From Trueperaceae bacterium (GTDB lineage Bacteria; Deinococcota; Deinococci; Deinococcales; Trueperaceae), in assembly GCA_965214405.1 (NCBI GenBank), contig OZ243956.1:3808001-3872000 (forward strand): DNA of 64,000 nucleotides. The letters are read 5' to 3'. Positions 9,224 through 18,254 of the stretch are shown here, one piece after another; the first letter of the stretch is position 1, and every line of letters begins with the position of its first letter. The notes beneath the pieces are model-generated. The model had not been told where the DNA came from. It made no database searches and worked only from the letters and a program-made list of their open reading frames with translations. Both the position numbers and the translations under genes were made by a program.

Positions 9224-9742
9224 TTACGGCGTGGCAGGTTGGTAGGAAAAAACGTAAAATCCTTGGGTGGTGTGGGTGTCGGTCGAAAGCACCCGCCACA
9301 TCACCACGTAATCGCCCGGCCCCTGCCCCTCTTTAAGATTTAGGCTCACCTCCTCCGCGGTGCCGGTGGTGGCGGGACCCGCGTCGGCGCGCGCGGCTTC
9401 GTCGCCGCGCTTGGTTAAAACCTCCGTGACGAGCGTCCCGGCGAGGCCGTTAAGGCGCAACGCTTCCTCTTCGGATTCGGGTGACGCGCCGCCGGTTTCT
9501 CCTCCAGACTCACCTCCGGAGGTGCTGGCGGGTATGGGCTCGAGCTTATACACCTTGAACAGGCTAAACCCCACCTCCACGGGTTCGCTAAAGGTGAGCG
9601 TGACGCTCTGGGGGAGCGTGGTGAGGACGCTGTTTTTGGCGGGCGTCATGGTGACGAGTTCGGCGTGGGCCAGGGCCAGACCTGCCCCCAAAAGGAGCAG
9701 GCACGCGAGGAAGGGGCGTAGGGGTGTAAAGAAACGTTTCAT
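9224..9742 (-). CDS. copC: Copper-binding protein CopC
   Basis: ALA|HAEL...P, LTFSEPV and WRVLSTDTH copper-site motifs; carries an inserted Gly/Ser/Glu-rich loop. Confidence 0.88.
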   Translation of the reverse strand: MKRFFTPLRPFLACLLLLGAGLALAHAELVTMTPAKNSVLTTLPQSVTLTFSEPVEVGFSLFKVYKLEPIPASTSGGESGGETGGASPESEEEALRLNGLAGTLVTEVLTKRGDEAARADAGPATTGTAEEVSLNLKEGQGPGDYVVMWRVLSTDTHTTQGFYVFSYQPATP

Positions 9743-9775
9743 GAGTGCCTCATCTAGGACCGTCTGAGCGGTTGC

Positions 9776-10210
9776 TCAGGGAAAACGCAGGTCTTGAACG
9801 TCGCCGACTTCGCGCGGGTAGCTCTCGTCAACCGCCAGGTCGCCGATAAAGCCGTGAACGCGGATGGTGTAGGTGCCGGGCTCGGTGAGGATGTAGTCGT
9901 CTTTGTAATAGCCGGGTTTCCCGAACTGCGGGCGCACCTCCAGGGTCCGGGTCTGACCGCCCGGCGCGGTAATCTCGGCTAAGAGGCTGTTTTCCAGCCC
10001 CTCGACCGGGCTGTCGTCGTCGGCGTTGCGGATGATGAGGTCGAGGCCGGTGCGCACCTCGTCATATACAGGCTCGTTAAGCATCCCGACCGTCACCTTG
10101 TACTGCGCGCCGCCCTCGGGTCCGACAATTTTGGTTTCGTGGGCAAAGGCGAGGGTGAGGCTGAAAAGGGTTACAAGCGTGAGGGTTGCGCGTAAGGTTG
10201 CTAAGTTCAT
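9776..10210 (-). CDS. Exported Ig/YtkA-like hypothetical protein
   Basis: Signal peptide AFA|HE; VG..NEP, PVEGLE..L and PG.Y....ILTEPGTY; AAAGGA RBS. Confidence 0.7.
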   Translation of the reverse strand: MNLATLRATLTLVTLFSLTLAFAHETKIVGPEGGAQYKVTVGMLNEPVYDEVRTGLDLIIRNADDDSPVEGLENSLLAEITAPGGQTRTLEVRPQFGKPGYYKDDYILTEPGTYTIRVHGFIGDLAVDESYPREVGDVQDLRFP

Positions 10211-10412
10211 ACATTTTCCTTTCAAGTAGAGCCCGGTTTGGGCTCGGTTTGAGGGGGGACTCGAGCGTTTTCAGATTCAACGTCTCAAGAGGTTGCGAAT
10301 ACGGCGGTCAACGCTGACTAGCTTGGCGGTTGACTTGATGATTGACCGGCAGTTGACCCCACAGTTGCCTTAACAGCGACGTGACGGTCAAGAGAATGGT
10401 CTAAAAGAACGC

Positions 10413-11984
10413 TCAAAACGAAGGCTGAAACATGATCGTCCCGCGCATCTCCATCGGCTGACCCAGGATGAGCAGCGACACGACCGCGAAAGCGAGCACG
10501 AACAGCAGCGGCGGCCACATCGCCAAGACGCCGCGCCGCCCGAAGTCGCGTAGCGCGGTGCGAATCACCACGCCCACACCCAGCAGCGTGTAGAGCCCGA
10601 CGAGCCCCGCCTCGATAGGGAAGAGCAGCCGCGTGGGCACCACCTGGCTGAGCCGCCAGTTGGGGTCGATATCAAAGCCGCGAAAGGCGAAAAAGTGCTC
10701 GAAGACGGGCACAATCGTGTAGGCCCCGGTGAGAAAGTGAAAAAGGTAGTGCGCGCCCCAGAAGCCAAAGCCGAGCGCCAGCGTGACGTAGCCCCAGCGC
10801 ATGAGCGCCTCTTTGGGACCCGTGCGCGCCCCGCCCAGCCGGTCAGCAAGCATGGCGACCCCGGTCGTGAGCCCCAGCCCCCCCGCAATGACAATGAGAA
10901 AAAGCAGCCCCAGCACCAGCGCTTCGCTCTGCGTTTGAAGCGTGCCCGCAATCCACTGGGCAAGGCTAAAGTACGGGCCAATCATCCCAAAGGCGTTGAG
11001 CAGCCCCCAAAAGAGGAGGAGCACGCCGAGCAGCATGACGGGCAGGCGGCCCCGTTTAGCCCAGGGCGCTTTGGTCCACTCCCAGCCGGGCTGCCGTACG
11101 GTCAGCGCGACGTTATCGTAAGGACACGCTCGCACGCAGTTAAAGCAGTTTGTGCAGTCCATATTGGACTGAATGGCGGGCGCGAACAGGTCGGTCTCGC
11201 AGCCTGGAAAGTGGCCCTTACCGTTCGGGTGGATAATGTCGGTCAAGGGAATAAAGGCGGCTCGAGCCCCCCCCATCGCCTTGTCTCTTTCGCCCACAGT
11301 CTCGAATGTGTCGCGCCCGTGCAAACAGGGCTTGTGCTCGCAGCTCCGGCAAATGTCATGATCCGCGGCGGTAATCTGCGTGGGCGAGGCGGTCGCGTAG
11401 GCGAAGTTAAAGTTACCCAGCGGGCAGACGTAGCGGCAAAAGGTGCCCGCGGGAAAAAGCGTATCCACGGCCAGCGCGCCCGCGAAGTAGGCGAGAATGA
11501 GCCAGGCGGTGAGCCAGGGACTCGCCCAGAGGTCGAACACCTCATAGGAGAAGAAAAAGGCGAACAGCAGGCCGATGACCAGGTATTTGTTCTTGAGAAC
11601 CCTGGGCCAAGCGAGCTTGCGGGGCAGGAGGCGCTCCAACCTCTTCGTCGCCCCGCGCGTCAGCATGAGCGGGCAGGCCGCGCAAAAGGCGTTGCCGACT
11701 AAGGCCAGCGCGATGACGACCAGGCCCCGGTAGTGCAACCACAGGGTCGTGGTGGCGACGTTGCGCGGCGCGAGCTGTCGCCCGGTGAAGCCGTCCCAGA
11801 TGGCGAACAAGGCCAGGACGAGAAGCGGGATTTGAAAAACGGCCCGCGCATATTTCCAGCGTATGAACCTTCGCAAACCGGGGAGCTTGAGCAGGTCAAA
11901 CCCGCGCGGCTGCTCGGCGATGAGCCCGCCCCGGCGGGGCGATGTGACCCCGGCGACGCGCGCCGGGGTGGTGCTTCTAGCCAT
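10413..11984 (-). CDS. Polyferredoxin membrane protein (FixG/NosR/FesM-like, 4Fe-4S)
   Basis: FCAACP, FCRYVCPLG, C..C...C, GC and CTNCFNCVRACP motifs among multiple TM helices; C-terminal PMEMRG. Confidence 0.85.
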   Translation of the reverse strand: MARSTTPARVAGVTSPRRGGLIAEQPRGFDLLKLPGLRRFIRWKYARAVFQIPLLVLALFAIWDGFTGRQLAPRNVATTTLWLHYRGLVVIALALVGNAFCAACPLMLTRGATKRLERLLPRKLAWPRVLKNKYLVIGLLFAFFFSYEVFDLWASPWLTAWLILAYFAGALAVDTLFPAGTFCRYVCPLGNFNFAYATASPTQITAADHDICRSCEHKPCLHGRDTFETVGERDKAMGGARAAFIPLTDIIHPNGKGHFPGCETDLFAPAIQSNMDCTNCFNCVRACPYDNVALTVRQPGWEWTKAPWAKRGRLPVMLLGVLLLFWGLLNAFGMIGPYFSLAQWIAGTLQTQSEALVLGLLFLIVIAGGLGLTTGVAMLADRLGGARTGPKEALMRWGYVTLALGFGFWGAHYLFHFLTGAYTIVPVFEHFFAFRGFDIDPNWRLSQVVPTRLLFPIEAGLVGLYTLLGVGVVIRTALRDFGRRGVLAMWPPLLFVLAFAVVSLLILGQPMEMRGTIMFQPSF

Positions 11985-12007
11985 GTGTCTGTCCAATCTT
12001 TTGGGTG

Positions 12008-12892
12008 TTACTCGTCTGACACCGTCACGTCAAAGGTGGCTTGTCGTATGTCACCCTCGTGCGTGACGGCGACGTCCACGCTCCAGGCTCCCGCCATCGC
12101 AAAACTCAGGGGCGCGTGGTTGGCGCTTCCTTCAATGCCTGCTTCGTTAAGCGAATTGTCGAAGTGCGTGTGCTCCAAATCCACCACCGCGTCGTCCGTT
12201 GAGTGGGTCATGCCGCTCATGGCGTACTGAAGGGTGTAGGCCCCGTGGACAAATTCGCCGTCCTCAAACGCGTAAGCGTAAACCTCGGTGAGGCCGCGCG
12301 TAGACAAGCTCGGCGCGGGCGCGAGCGCGAGGTAGAAGTCCGTTCCCTCGGGGGTGGTTTGCTGGTACAGGGCGAGGGGGAAACTTACGGCTTGACCGCT
12401 CAGCGTCCCCTCGATGCGCCAGACGCCCGGAGCGAAGTTTGGCAGGGTCACGGTTGCCAAGGTGTCATTGACGACCGTGGCTGATAGCGCTTGCGTCTCT
12501 CCTTGTGGGTCTGTAGCACTCAGGTCGAAACCGGAAGCCACTACGGGCGCGTCCTCTACGCCGGTGTCGAGCGTCAGCCCAAGCGTGACGCTCTCCGGGG
12601 TGACGAGTGGGTCGATGCTCATGAGGTAGTTACCCACGGCGACGGTATTAAGCATCTGGGTCGCGCCTTCTTCTCCCACGCCGCCCGTCATATCGTCGTT
12701 ATGGTCATGTGCGTCGTGGTCATGGGTCTCGTGCTCTTCTTGTCCACCGCTCATGGCCGTGTGGTCGTGGTCGTTCCCGCCCGTTTGAGCGGCGGCGCTG
12801 AGGGTGAGGGAAAGCGTGAGGGCGTAAAGGCAAAACCTCAAAAGCCGTGGTTTTAGCGGATTTGACGATGGTTTTAGCAGTGGTTTTAGCAT
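12008..12892 (-). CDS. His-rich exported protein with C-terminal YtkA-like domain
   Basis: ATG 12892 with GGAGG RBS; signal peptide; DHDH/EHETHDHDAHDH tract; MSGMTH and FAMAGAW motifs. Confidence 0.75.
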   Translation of the reverse strand: MLKPLLKPSSNPLKPRLLRFCLYALTLSLTLSAAAQTGGNDHDHTAMSGGQEEHETHDHDAHDHNDDMTGGVGEEGATQMLNTVAVGNYLMSIDPLVTPESVTLGLTLDTGVEDAPVVASGFDLSATDPQGETQALSATVVNDTLATVTLPNFAPGVWRIEGTLSGQAVSFPLALYQQTTPEGTDFYLALAPAPSLSTRGLTEVYAYAFEDGEFVHGAYTLQYAMSGMTHSTDDAVVDLEHTHFDNSLNEAGIEGSANHAPLSFAMAGAWSVDVAVTHEGDIRQATFDVTVSDE

Positions 12893-13025
12893 GGTGGAAC
12901 CTCCCTGAGCATTCACATACGCTTTATAGAACTGCTCCATAAAGACGTACATAACGCTCTTTATGACGCGTACTTGACGTGTGAAAGAACCCAACAGCGC
13001 AGGCTGAGGGGTCGCAAGCTTTGCT

Positions 13026-13382
13026 TTACCGCGTCAGGGGAGGCGCCCGGATGCCGTTGGCGGGGTCGGAAAGGGTGCTGAGAATAAACTGAGGAGTGTT
13101 GGTAGAGGCAAAAAAATAGAGCACCAAAAACGGCGCGACCGTTGTTAGCGAGACCCCGAGCGCCGGACCCAACACGCTGCTGACGGGGTGGGTGTGCGCG
13201 GGCGTGCCCGCAGGGTGGGTGTGACCAAAATTCCCGTGCGCGGCGAGGAGCGGTGAGACGAAGAGAGCGGTCGTGAGAAAAAAAGCAACGAGGGTGGCGG
13301 CTCCAGCTTTTACCGCCGCGCGTCCCCGTTCTGACAAACGCCATTCCAAAAGCCGTTTTATCTCCGCCCGCCCGGTCATCAC
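13026..13382 (-). CDS. Putative metal-sensing leader peptide with C-terminal RAPP arrest motif (DUF2946/CruR/CutF-like architecture)
   Basis: Signal/TM segment, AHGNFGHTHPAGTPAHTHP, ends IRAPPLTR; starts 4 nt after the upstream lipoprotein stop. Confidence 0.7.
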   Translation of the reverse strand: MMTGRAEIKRLLEWRLSERGRAAVKAGAATLVAFFLTTALFVSPLLAAHGNFGHTHPAGTPAHTHPVSSVLGPALGVSLTTVAPFLVLYFFASTNTPQFILSTLSDPANGIRAPPLTR

Positions 13383-13386
13383 GCCT

Positions 13387-13821
13387 CTACTGCCCCGGCA
13401 CCGTCACGCTCGCTTCGGCGCTCTCTTTGGTGCCGTCGGGCAGCGTCACCTCGGCGGTGAGAACCCAGTCGCCCGCCATCGTGAATTCAAAGTCGTCGGC
13501 GCGGTATAAGCCGGGCGCGCTCTCGGTCGCCGTGGCGACCACCGGGACCATGCCCGCGTGGGTCATGTCGCCCGTGACCTCAACCGTCGCGCCGGAGACG
13601 CCGTCGTTGTTGGGGCCGAGGACGTAGACGATAACGGGAGAAGTGCCCAGCTTAGGGGCTTCTTCCGCCTCAACGCGGACACTTTGAGGGATGCTCGACT
13701 GCGTTTGCGTCGTCTCGCTCTCCGCGGTACTCGGTATACTCGTTGGCACGTTCGGCGCGTTTGTCTGGGGCGCGCGGCAGGCCGTGAGGAGGAGCAAAGA
13801 GAGCAGGAGCGCGCGCTTCAT
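13387..13821 (-). CDS. YtkA/FixH-family lipoprotein
   Basis: Lipobox LTAC; GATVEVTGDMTHAGM and FTMAGDW, near-identical to motifs in 8830-9219. Confidence 0.85.
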   Translation of the reverse strand: MKRALLLSLLLLTACRAPQTNAPNVPTSIPSTAESETTQTQSSIPQSVRVEAEEAPKLGTSPVIVYVLGPNNDGVSGATVEVTGDMTHAGMVPVVATATESAPGLYRADDFEFTMAGDWVLTAEVTLPDGTKESAEASVTVPGQ

Positions 13822-14897
13822 GAGGTTAGCCTAGCACGCGGGCGCGTTTGGGCGCGTTCTGGGGCGCTCTCTAAATTCCTGCGCAAGCCGCCCACCCACA
13901 GCCGCGCGTCATCCGCGCGCGGCGTCCACACCAAAAGGAGCGCCATCGCGCCGTAAAAGGGGAGGTGCCCGACCAGCTCGAGCCAATTGAAATAGGTGAG
14001 CGTGAGGTTAAAGGGCAGCCACGCCACAAGGATGACCGCGCGCGGGAAAAGTCCAAACACCAGAAAGAGCCCGATAACGAGTTCAATGGTCCCGGCCCCC
14101 AGGATAAAAAGCGTGTCGGGGAGGTGAAACCCCAGATAGCCGGTAAAGTTGAGCGGGTACTCTCCCAAAAAGGCGCGGGCGAGGGGCAAGTTGGCGAGCT
14201 TTTCGGTGAAGGCCACCGTGATGAGCGACAGCCCGACGCCTACGCGCAGCGCGGGCACCGCCCAGCGCATGAGGCGCGCGGGCGGCTCGAGCGCGGGAAA
14301 GAGAAGCCGGTCGACCGAAAAGGGGCCGCGTCCTGCAAAGAAGAAAAAGAAGGCGAAACCTAGGTAGTGAACGTTCTCGAGCATCCTCTCCAAGCCCACC
14401 ACCGGCACGCCGACGAGCCAGAGGAGGAGCAGCGCGACCGCCGCGAGCCGAGTAAAGCCGCCGTAAAAAAAGCTCAGCGCGACGCCCGTCTGCACGAGAC
14501 CAAAGGCGTAGGCCCACGCGCCGGGGGGCACGTTGTTGGGCGAAAAGAGCCGCCCCTGCACCCCGTTAACGAGCAGAGGCACCGCGAGGTGGACGCCCAG
14601 AATCGCCGGGATGAGCGCGTAGAGAAGGGCGCGCCCGCGCGGGGTCGCGCCAAAGCGCTCGGGTCCCGGCAAGGCGTCGCGGCCCCCGCGGGCGCGCCAG
14701 AGGAGCCAGCCCAGCCCTGTCACGAGGAGCGCCCCGCCGACAAAAAGTATCGTGGGAAAGCTTAGCGCTGCGCCAAGCCGCGTGGGAAACCCGGTGGCGT
14801 CATAAAACCAGCGTTCGTGGGCGTAACCGCGCCCGCCCAAAAGAACCGCGCTCACCAACAGCCCGCGTAAAAACTGACCCGCCCAGTCCAACTTCAT
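13818..14897 (-). CDS. DoxX-family membrane protein
   Basis: GYA|HERWF N-terminus; LRVGVGLSLI..AFTEK and ELVGHLP motifs; TATCAT 6 nt before ATG 14897. Confidence 0.75.
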   Translation of the reverse strand: MKLDWAGQFLRGLLVSAVLLGGRGYAHERWFYDATGFPTRLGAALSFPTILFVGGALLVTGLGWLLWRARGGRDALPGPERFGATPRGRALLYALIPAILGVHLAVPLLVNGVQGRLFSPNNVPPGAWAYAFGLVQTGVALSFFYGGFTRLAAVALLLLWLVGVPVVGLERMLENVHYLGFAFFFFFAGRGPFSVDRLLFPALEPPARLMRWAVPALRVGVGLSLITVAFTEKLANLPLARAFLGEYPLNFTGYLGFHLPDTLFILGAGTIELVIGLFLVFGLFPRAVILVAWLPFNLTLTYFNWLELVGHLPFYGAMALLLVWTPRADDARLWVGGLRRNLESAPERAQTRPRARLTS

Positions 14898-14954
14898 AAC
14901 CCTATGATAGAGCCAAAAAGCGCCTCTGTCACGGGACATTCGTCTCACTCAACA

Positions 14955-15563
14955 TCAATCAGCGCCAAAAGGAAACTCGGCCAACGCTGTGTGACGCGCG
15001 CCTTTCGCCCGGAGTTCGCTCCGCACGAGCGCGACCGCCTCCGCCCGCCAAGTCACGGGCACCGGGTCGGGCGCGGTGGCTAAGAGGCTGGCGAGTTCGC
15101 GCCACGCAGCGGGAGAAGGGTGCGCCACGCGCCCCAGGGTGAGGTGCGGCTTGAACGCCCCCTTTTCCCCAGACAAGCGGTCGTCGAGGCGGTTCTTGAT
15201 GGCGGCGTGCAGCGTGTGAAGCTCGTCCAAGGCTCCCTCGAGCCCCACCCACAACACGCTGGGCCGCGCGAGCGAGGGAAACGCGCCCAAACGACTCGTG
15301 CGAAGGTCCAAAGGAGCCGTGCGCCCCGCGGCGCGCGCCATCACCCCCGCGACCTCATCAGCCTCCCAAGCCTTGATCTTGCCCAAAAAAATGAGCGTGA
15401 GATGAAAGGTTTCGGGCGAACTCCAGCGCACCGCGCTTTCAGGAAGCCGTTCGCGCAGCCTCGCCTGCGTCTCCTGTAGCGCTTCTTTTACATGAGGGGG
15501 CAGCTCGAGCGCCACAAACACGCGCAAGGTGTCGGTCCCGGCATCTTTCAAAACATCACTCAA
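14955..15563 (-). CDS. thpR: RNA 2',3'-cyclic phosphodiesterase (2'-5' RNA ligase)
   Basis: RVFVAL; two HxT motifs (FHLTLIFLG and PHLTLGR). Confidence 0.92.
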   Translation of the reverse strand: MSDVLKDAGTDTLRVFVALELPPHVKEALQETQARLRERLPESAVRWSSPETFHLTLIFLGKIKAWEADEVAGVMARAAGRTAPLDLRTSRLGAFPSLARPSVLWVGLEGALDELHTLHAAIKNRLDDRLSGEKGAFKPHLTLGRVAHPSPAAWRELASLLATAPDPVPVTWRAEAVALVRSELRAKGARHTALAEFPFGAD

Positions 15564-16380
15564 GGCGGCCCCGCTCGCGCAGGTACGCGAGAATGCCCGC
15601 CTCGAGCCGCGCCGCCGGTTGGTCGGGACGGCTCAAATAGCCGCGGTCCTCAGGATTACTCAGGTAGCCCAATTCGACGATGACCGCGGGCGTGCCGGGG
15701 TGGACGCTGTGGTGGTAGCGCCGGAAGTTAAACGCGTAGTAGAGGAGCATACTGTCGGTCACGTTGTCTTGATCGTCCGGCAGGCCCGACGCGCCGTAAG
15801 CGGCGTCAATCTGGACCTTGAGGCGCGGCTCTAACGGGTTACGTGGAGGCGAAAAGGTCGCCGTTTTGTAGCCGCGCCGCGCGGCGTCGGGTGAGGCGTC
15901 GGCGTGAAGCGACACGAAAAGGTCCGCGTGGTAACCCTCGGGCGGCGTGGCTGGGAGCAGGTCCACCATGACGCCGTTCTCTTCCAGCCGCCGCGCGAGT
16001 TCCTGCGCCACCGCCCGGTTCACGTCCACCTCGTCCACGCCCGCCGCGTGCCCGCCCGTATTGACGCGCAAAGCCGCGAGTTCTTCGGGATGATTCCGCG
16101 CCTGTTCGTGCCCCACTTGGATGCCGACGCGGGGCGGACCTATCAAAAGGTTTAGGAGCGCGCGCCTGCTGCTCTGGGCGGTGTGCTCGAGCGCGACCGC
16201 AAACCCGGTGGCGAGGCGAGCACCGCCCCGGCCCATGTCCCCCGCTTTTAACACGCCGAGAACGCCCAAGCCGATAAGAACCCCTGTAAGGAGCAAGAAG
16301 CGCTGCGGCGTCATCGGGCGCTCGCGTTCATCCGCCCCCTTCTCACTTTTTTTGGCGTCTCGGTGCGCTGTCCCCTGCAC
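15556..16380 (-). CDS. N-acetylmuramoyl-L-alanine amidase (Amidase_3)
   Basis: GH, E..VN, FVSLHAD and PAVIVELGYLSN zinc-amidase motifs; N-terminal TM. Confidence 0.9.
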   Translation of the reverse strand: MQGTAHRDAKKSEKGADERERPMTPQRFLLLTGVLIGLGVLGVLKAGDMGRGGARLATGFAVALEHTAQSSRRALLNLLIGPPRVGIQVGHEQARNHPEELAALRVNTGGHAAGVDEVDVNRAVAQELARRLEENGVMVDLLPATPPEGYHADLFVSLHADASPDAARRGYKTATFSPPRNPLEPRLKVQIDAAYGASGLPDDQDNVTDSMLLYYAFNFRRYHHSVHPGTPAVIVELGYLSNPEDRGYLSRPDQPAARLEAGILAYLRERGRLE

Positions 16381-16607
16381 GCTTAGAGCCTAACACGAGT
16401 GTGAGGGACGAACGGCGGGCTGTGTGCAACATAGGGTGACTTGGGTGTGAAAGGTTCGGGTAAGAACGTCATATGCGAGCAGTCCGACGTTGTGTTTTGG
16501 TTCCGCGCCTGAATACCAGAGTAAAAGAGACTCCCTACTTCCTTTACTCCTCCACCCCCACCTCTCTACGATTAAAGGCTCGAGGCACAAGCAGTCTACG
16601 TCCCTCT

Positions 16608-17264
16608 TTACATCCTTTCGCCCGTGAGCCAAAAGAGCGTGTGCTCGTTGACGTTTTCGATGTGGTCGCCCAAACGCTCTAGATAACGCGCCACGCTAAG
16701 TAGTTTTGTCGCGGCACCGATCGTTTTGGGGTCTTCCATCATGTAGGTCAAAAGCTCGCGCTGAATCTGCTCATAGAGGTCGTCGACCTCCCGGTCCATC
16801 GCGTGCGCCTCGCGCGCGGCGAGCGCGTCGGATTCGGCGATGGCCTTGATGGTCCTTTCAATCATGGTGCTCAAAATGACGAGGATGCGCTCCATGTCGA
16901 GGTATTTTTTTAGGGGCGGGCTGCTCGCTAGGAGCGCGCCCGCTCTAGCCACATGTTCGGCGTAGTCGCCCGCGCGTTCAATGTCGGCTAGTGCGCGGTA
17001 GGTCGCGCCCAGAAAGCGCAGGTCGCGCGCGGCGGGTTGACGGCGGGCGATAATGGTCAGGATGTCTTGCTCGAGCGACGCCTGCAGCGCGTCGATATGC
17101 CGGTCATTTTCCGCGCACGCCTCGGCGGCAATCACGTCGGCGTTGATAAGGGCACTCTTGGCTAGATCGCATGATTCGCGCACGAGCGAGAGCATCCGCA
17201 CGGCGGCGGCGCTCACCTCCTGCAACTGTTGGTCCAAAACGTTCACGAAGTCTGATCGTAACAT
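16608..17264 (-). CDS. phoU: Phosphate signalling protein PhoU
   Basis: RRQPAARDLR, DIERAGDY and LERLGDHIEN duplicated PhoU domains. Confidence 0.95.
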   Translation of the reverse strand: MLRSDFVNVLDQQLQEVSAAAVRMLSLVRESCDLAKSALINADVIAAEACAENDRHIDALQASLEQDILTIIARRQPAARDLRFLGATYRALADIERAGDYAEHVARAGALLASSPPLKKYLDMERILVILSTMIERTIKAIAESDALAAREAHAMDREVDDLYEQIQRELLTYMMEDPKTIGAATKLLSVARYLERLGDHIENVNEHTLFWLTGERM

Positions 17265-17283
17265 ACGAAAGTATCCGCCTTCC

Positions 17284-17301
17284 CTGTCAGCCCCGTGTCA
17301 A
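17284..17301. promoter_or_regulatory. Pho-box-like direct repeat
   Basis: CTGTCAG-CCCC-GTGTCAA with 11-bp periodicity between divergent phoU and phoBR. A second 11-bp-spaced pair lies on the other strand at 17387-17404. Confidence 0.5.
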
Positions 17302-17533
17302 AACTCGGCCGAAGTATCTGCAAGGTGTCCCTCAAAAACCGCGCAAAACGCGTTAAAAATGCCACTCGAGCAGGGACAAAGGGTACGTGACCGAGAGCTG
17401 ACAAAGGTCAGGCTAGAATTAAGAGTGGGTGCAATGTGCTGCGGGACGTGCAGGCGGGGTGAGGCGGTATGGGACGTTAAATGAAGCAGGAATACGCGAT
17501 GTACAAGTGTGCGGCGAACGAGGGCGTGACGCG

Positions 17534-18205
17534 GTGAGCGCGCAGGTGCTGGTGGTCGAAGACGAGGTGGCGGTGCGCGAACTGCTCGCGTTTCATCTTT
17601 CGCAGGCGGGCTTTAGGGTGCGAGAGGCGGCCACGGCGGGGGAGGCCTGGGCGCACCTTAACGAGGCCGACGTGGTGGTGCTCGACTGGATGCTCCCGGA
17701 CGCGTCCGGGGTGGACTGGCTTAGGCGCGTCCGGGCGGGAGCGCAGCGGGAGCGGCTGCCCGTCCTGATGCTCACCGCGCGCGCCTCGGAGATGGATAAG
17801 GTGACGGGGCTCGAGGCCGGGGCGGACGACTATCTTGCCAAGCCCTTTTCCGCCGCCGAACTCGTGGCCCGCCTCCGCGCCCTGCTGCGCCGCACCCAGC
17901 AGGACACCCAGCACCAAGTGGGTGACCTCGTGGTGGACGAACTGCAGGGCACCGCGCGCTTGGGCGGCGAGCGCCTGGGGCTGACCCGGCGCGAGTTCGA
18001 GCTGCTCGCTTACCTGGCCGCGCACCCGGGCCGGGTCTTCTCGCGGACCGACCTTTTAGACCGCGTGTGGGGCACGGACTTTTTGGGCACCGAGCGCACC
18101 GTCGACCAGCACGTTGCGCAGCTCCGCGCGCTTATCGGGAGCGACCACATCGAGACCATCCGCGGGCGTGGTTATCGTCTTGTCAATCCTGGCGAAGAGA
18201 GCTGA
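17534..18205 (+). CDS. phoB: OmpR/PhoB response regulator
   Basis: VVEDE, LDWMLP, LTAR, GADDYLAKPF and winged-helix RTVDQH...TIRGRGY; divergent from phoU. Confidence 0.85.
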   Translation: MSAQVLVVEDEVAVRELLAFHLSQAGFRVREAATAGEAWAHLNEADVVVLDWMLPDASGVDWLRRVRAGAQRERLPVLMLTARASEMDKVTGLEAGADDYLAKPFSAAELVARLRALLRRTQQDTQHQVGDLVVDELQGTARLGGERLGLTRREFELLAYLAAHPGRVFSRTDLLDRVWGTDFLGTERTVDQHVAQLRALIGSDHIETIRGRGYRLVNPGEES

Positions 18206-18254
18206 CTGAGCGGGTGACGAGGCAGCGACGGCGCAACGCCAAGGCGAGACCAAC

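Noticed and set aside
10695..11702. 335-aa plus-strand ORF and the many similar overlapping ORFs
   Set aside because: Shadow frames of motif-bearing genes in GC-rich DNA, with no recognisable motifs.
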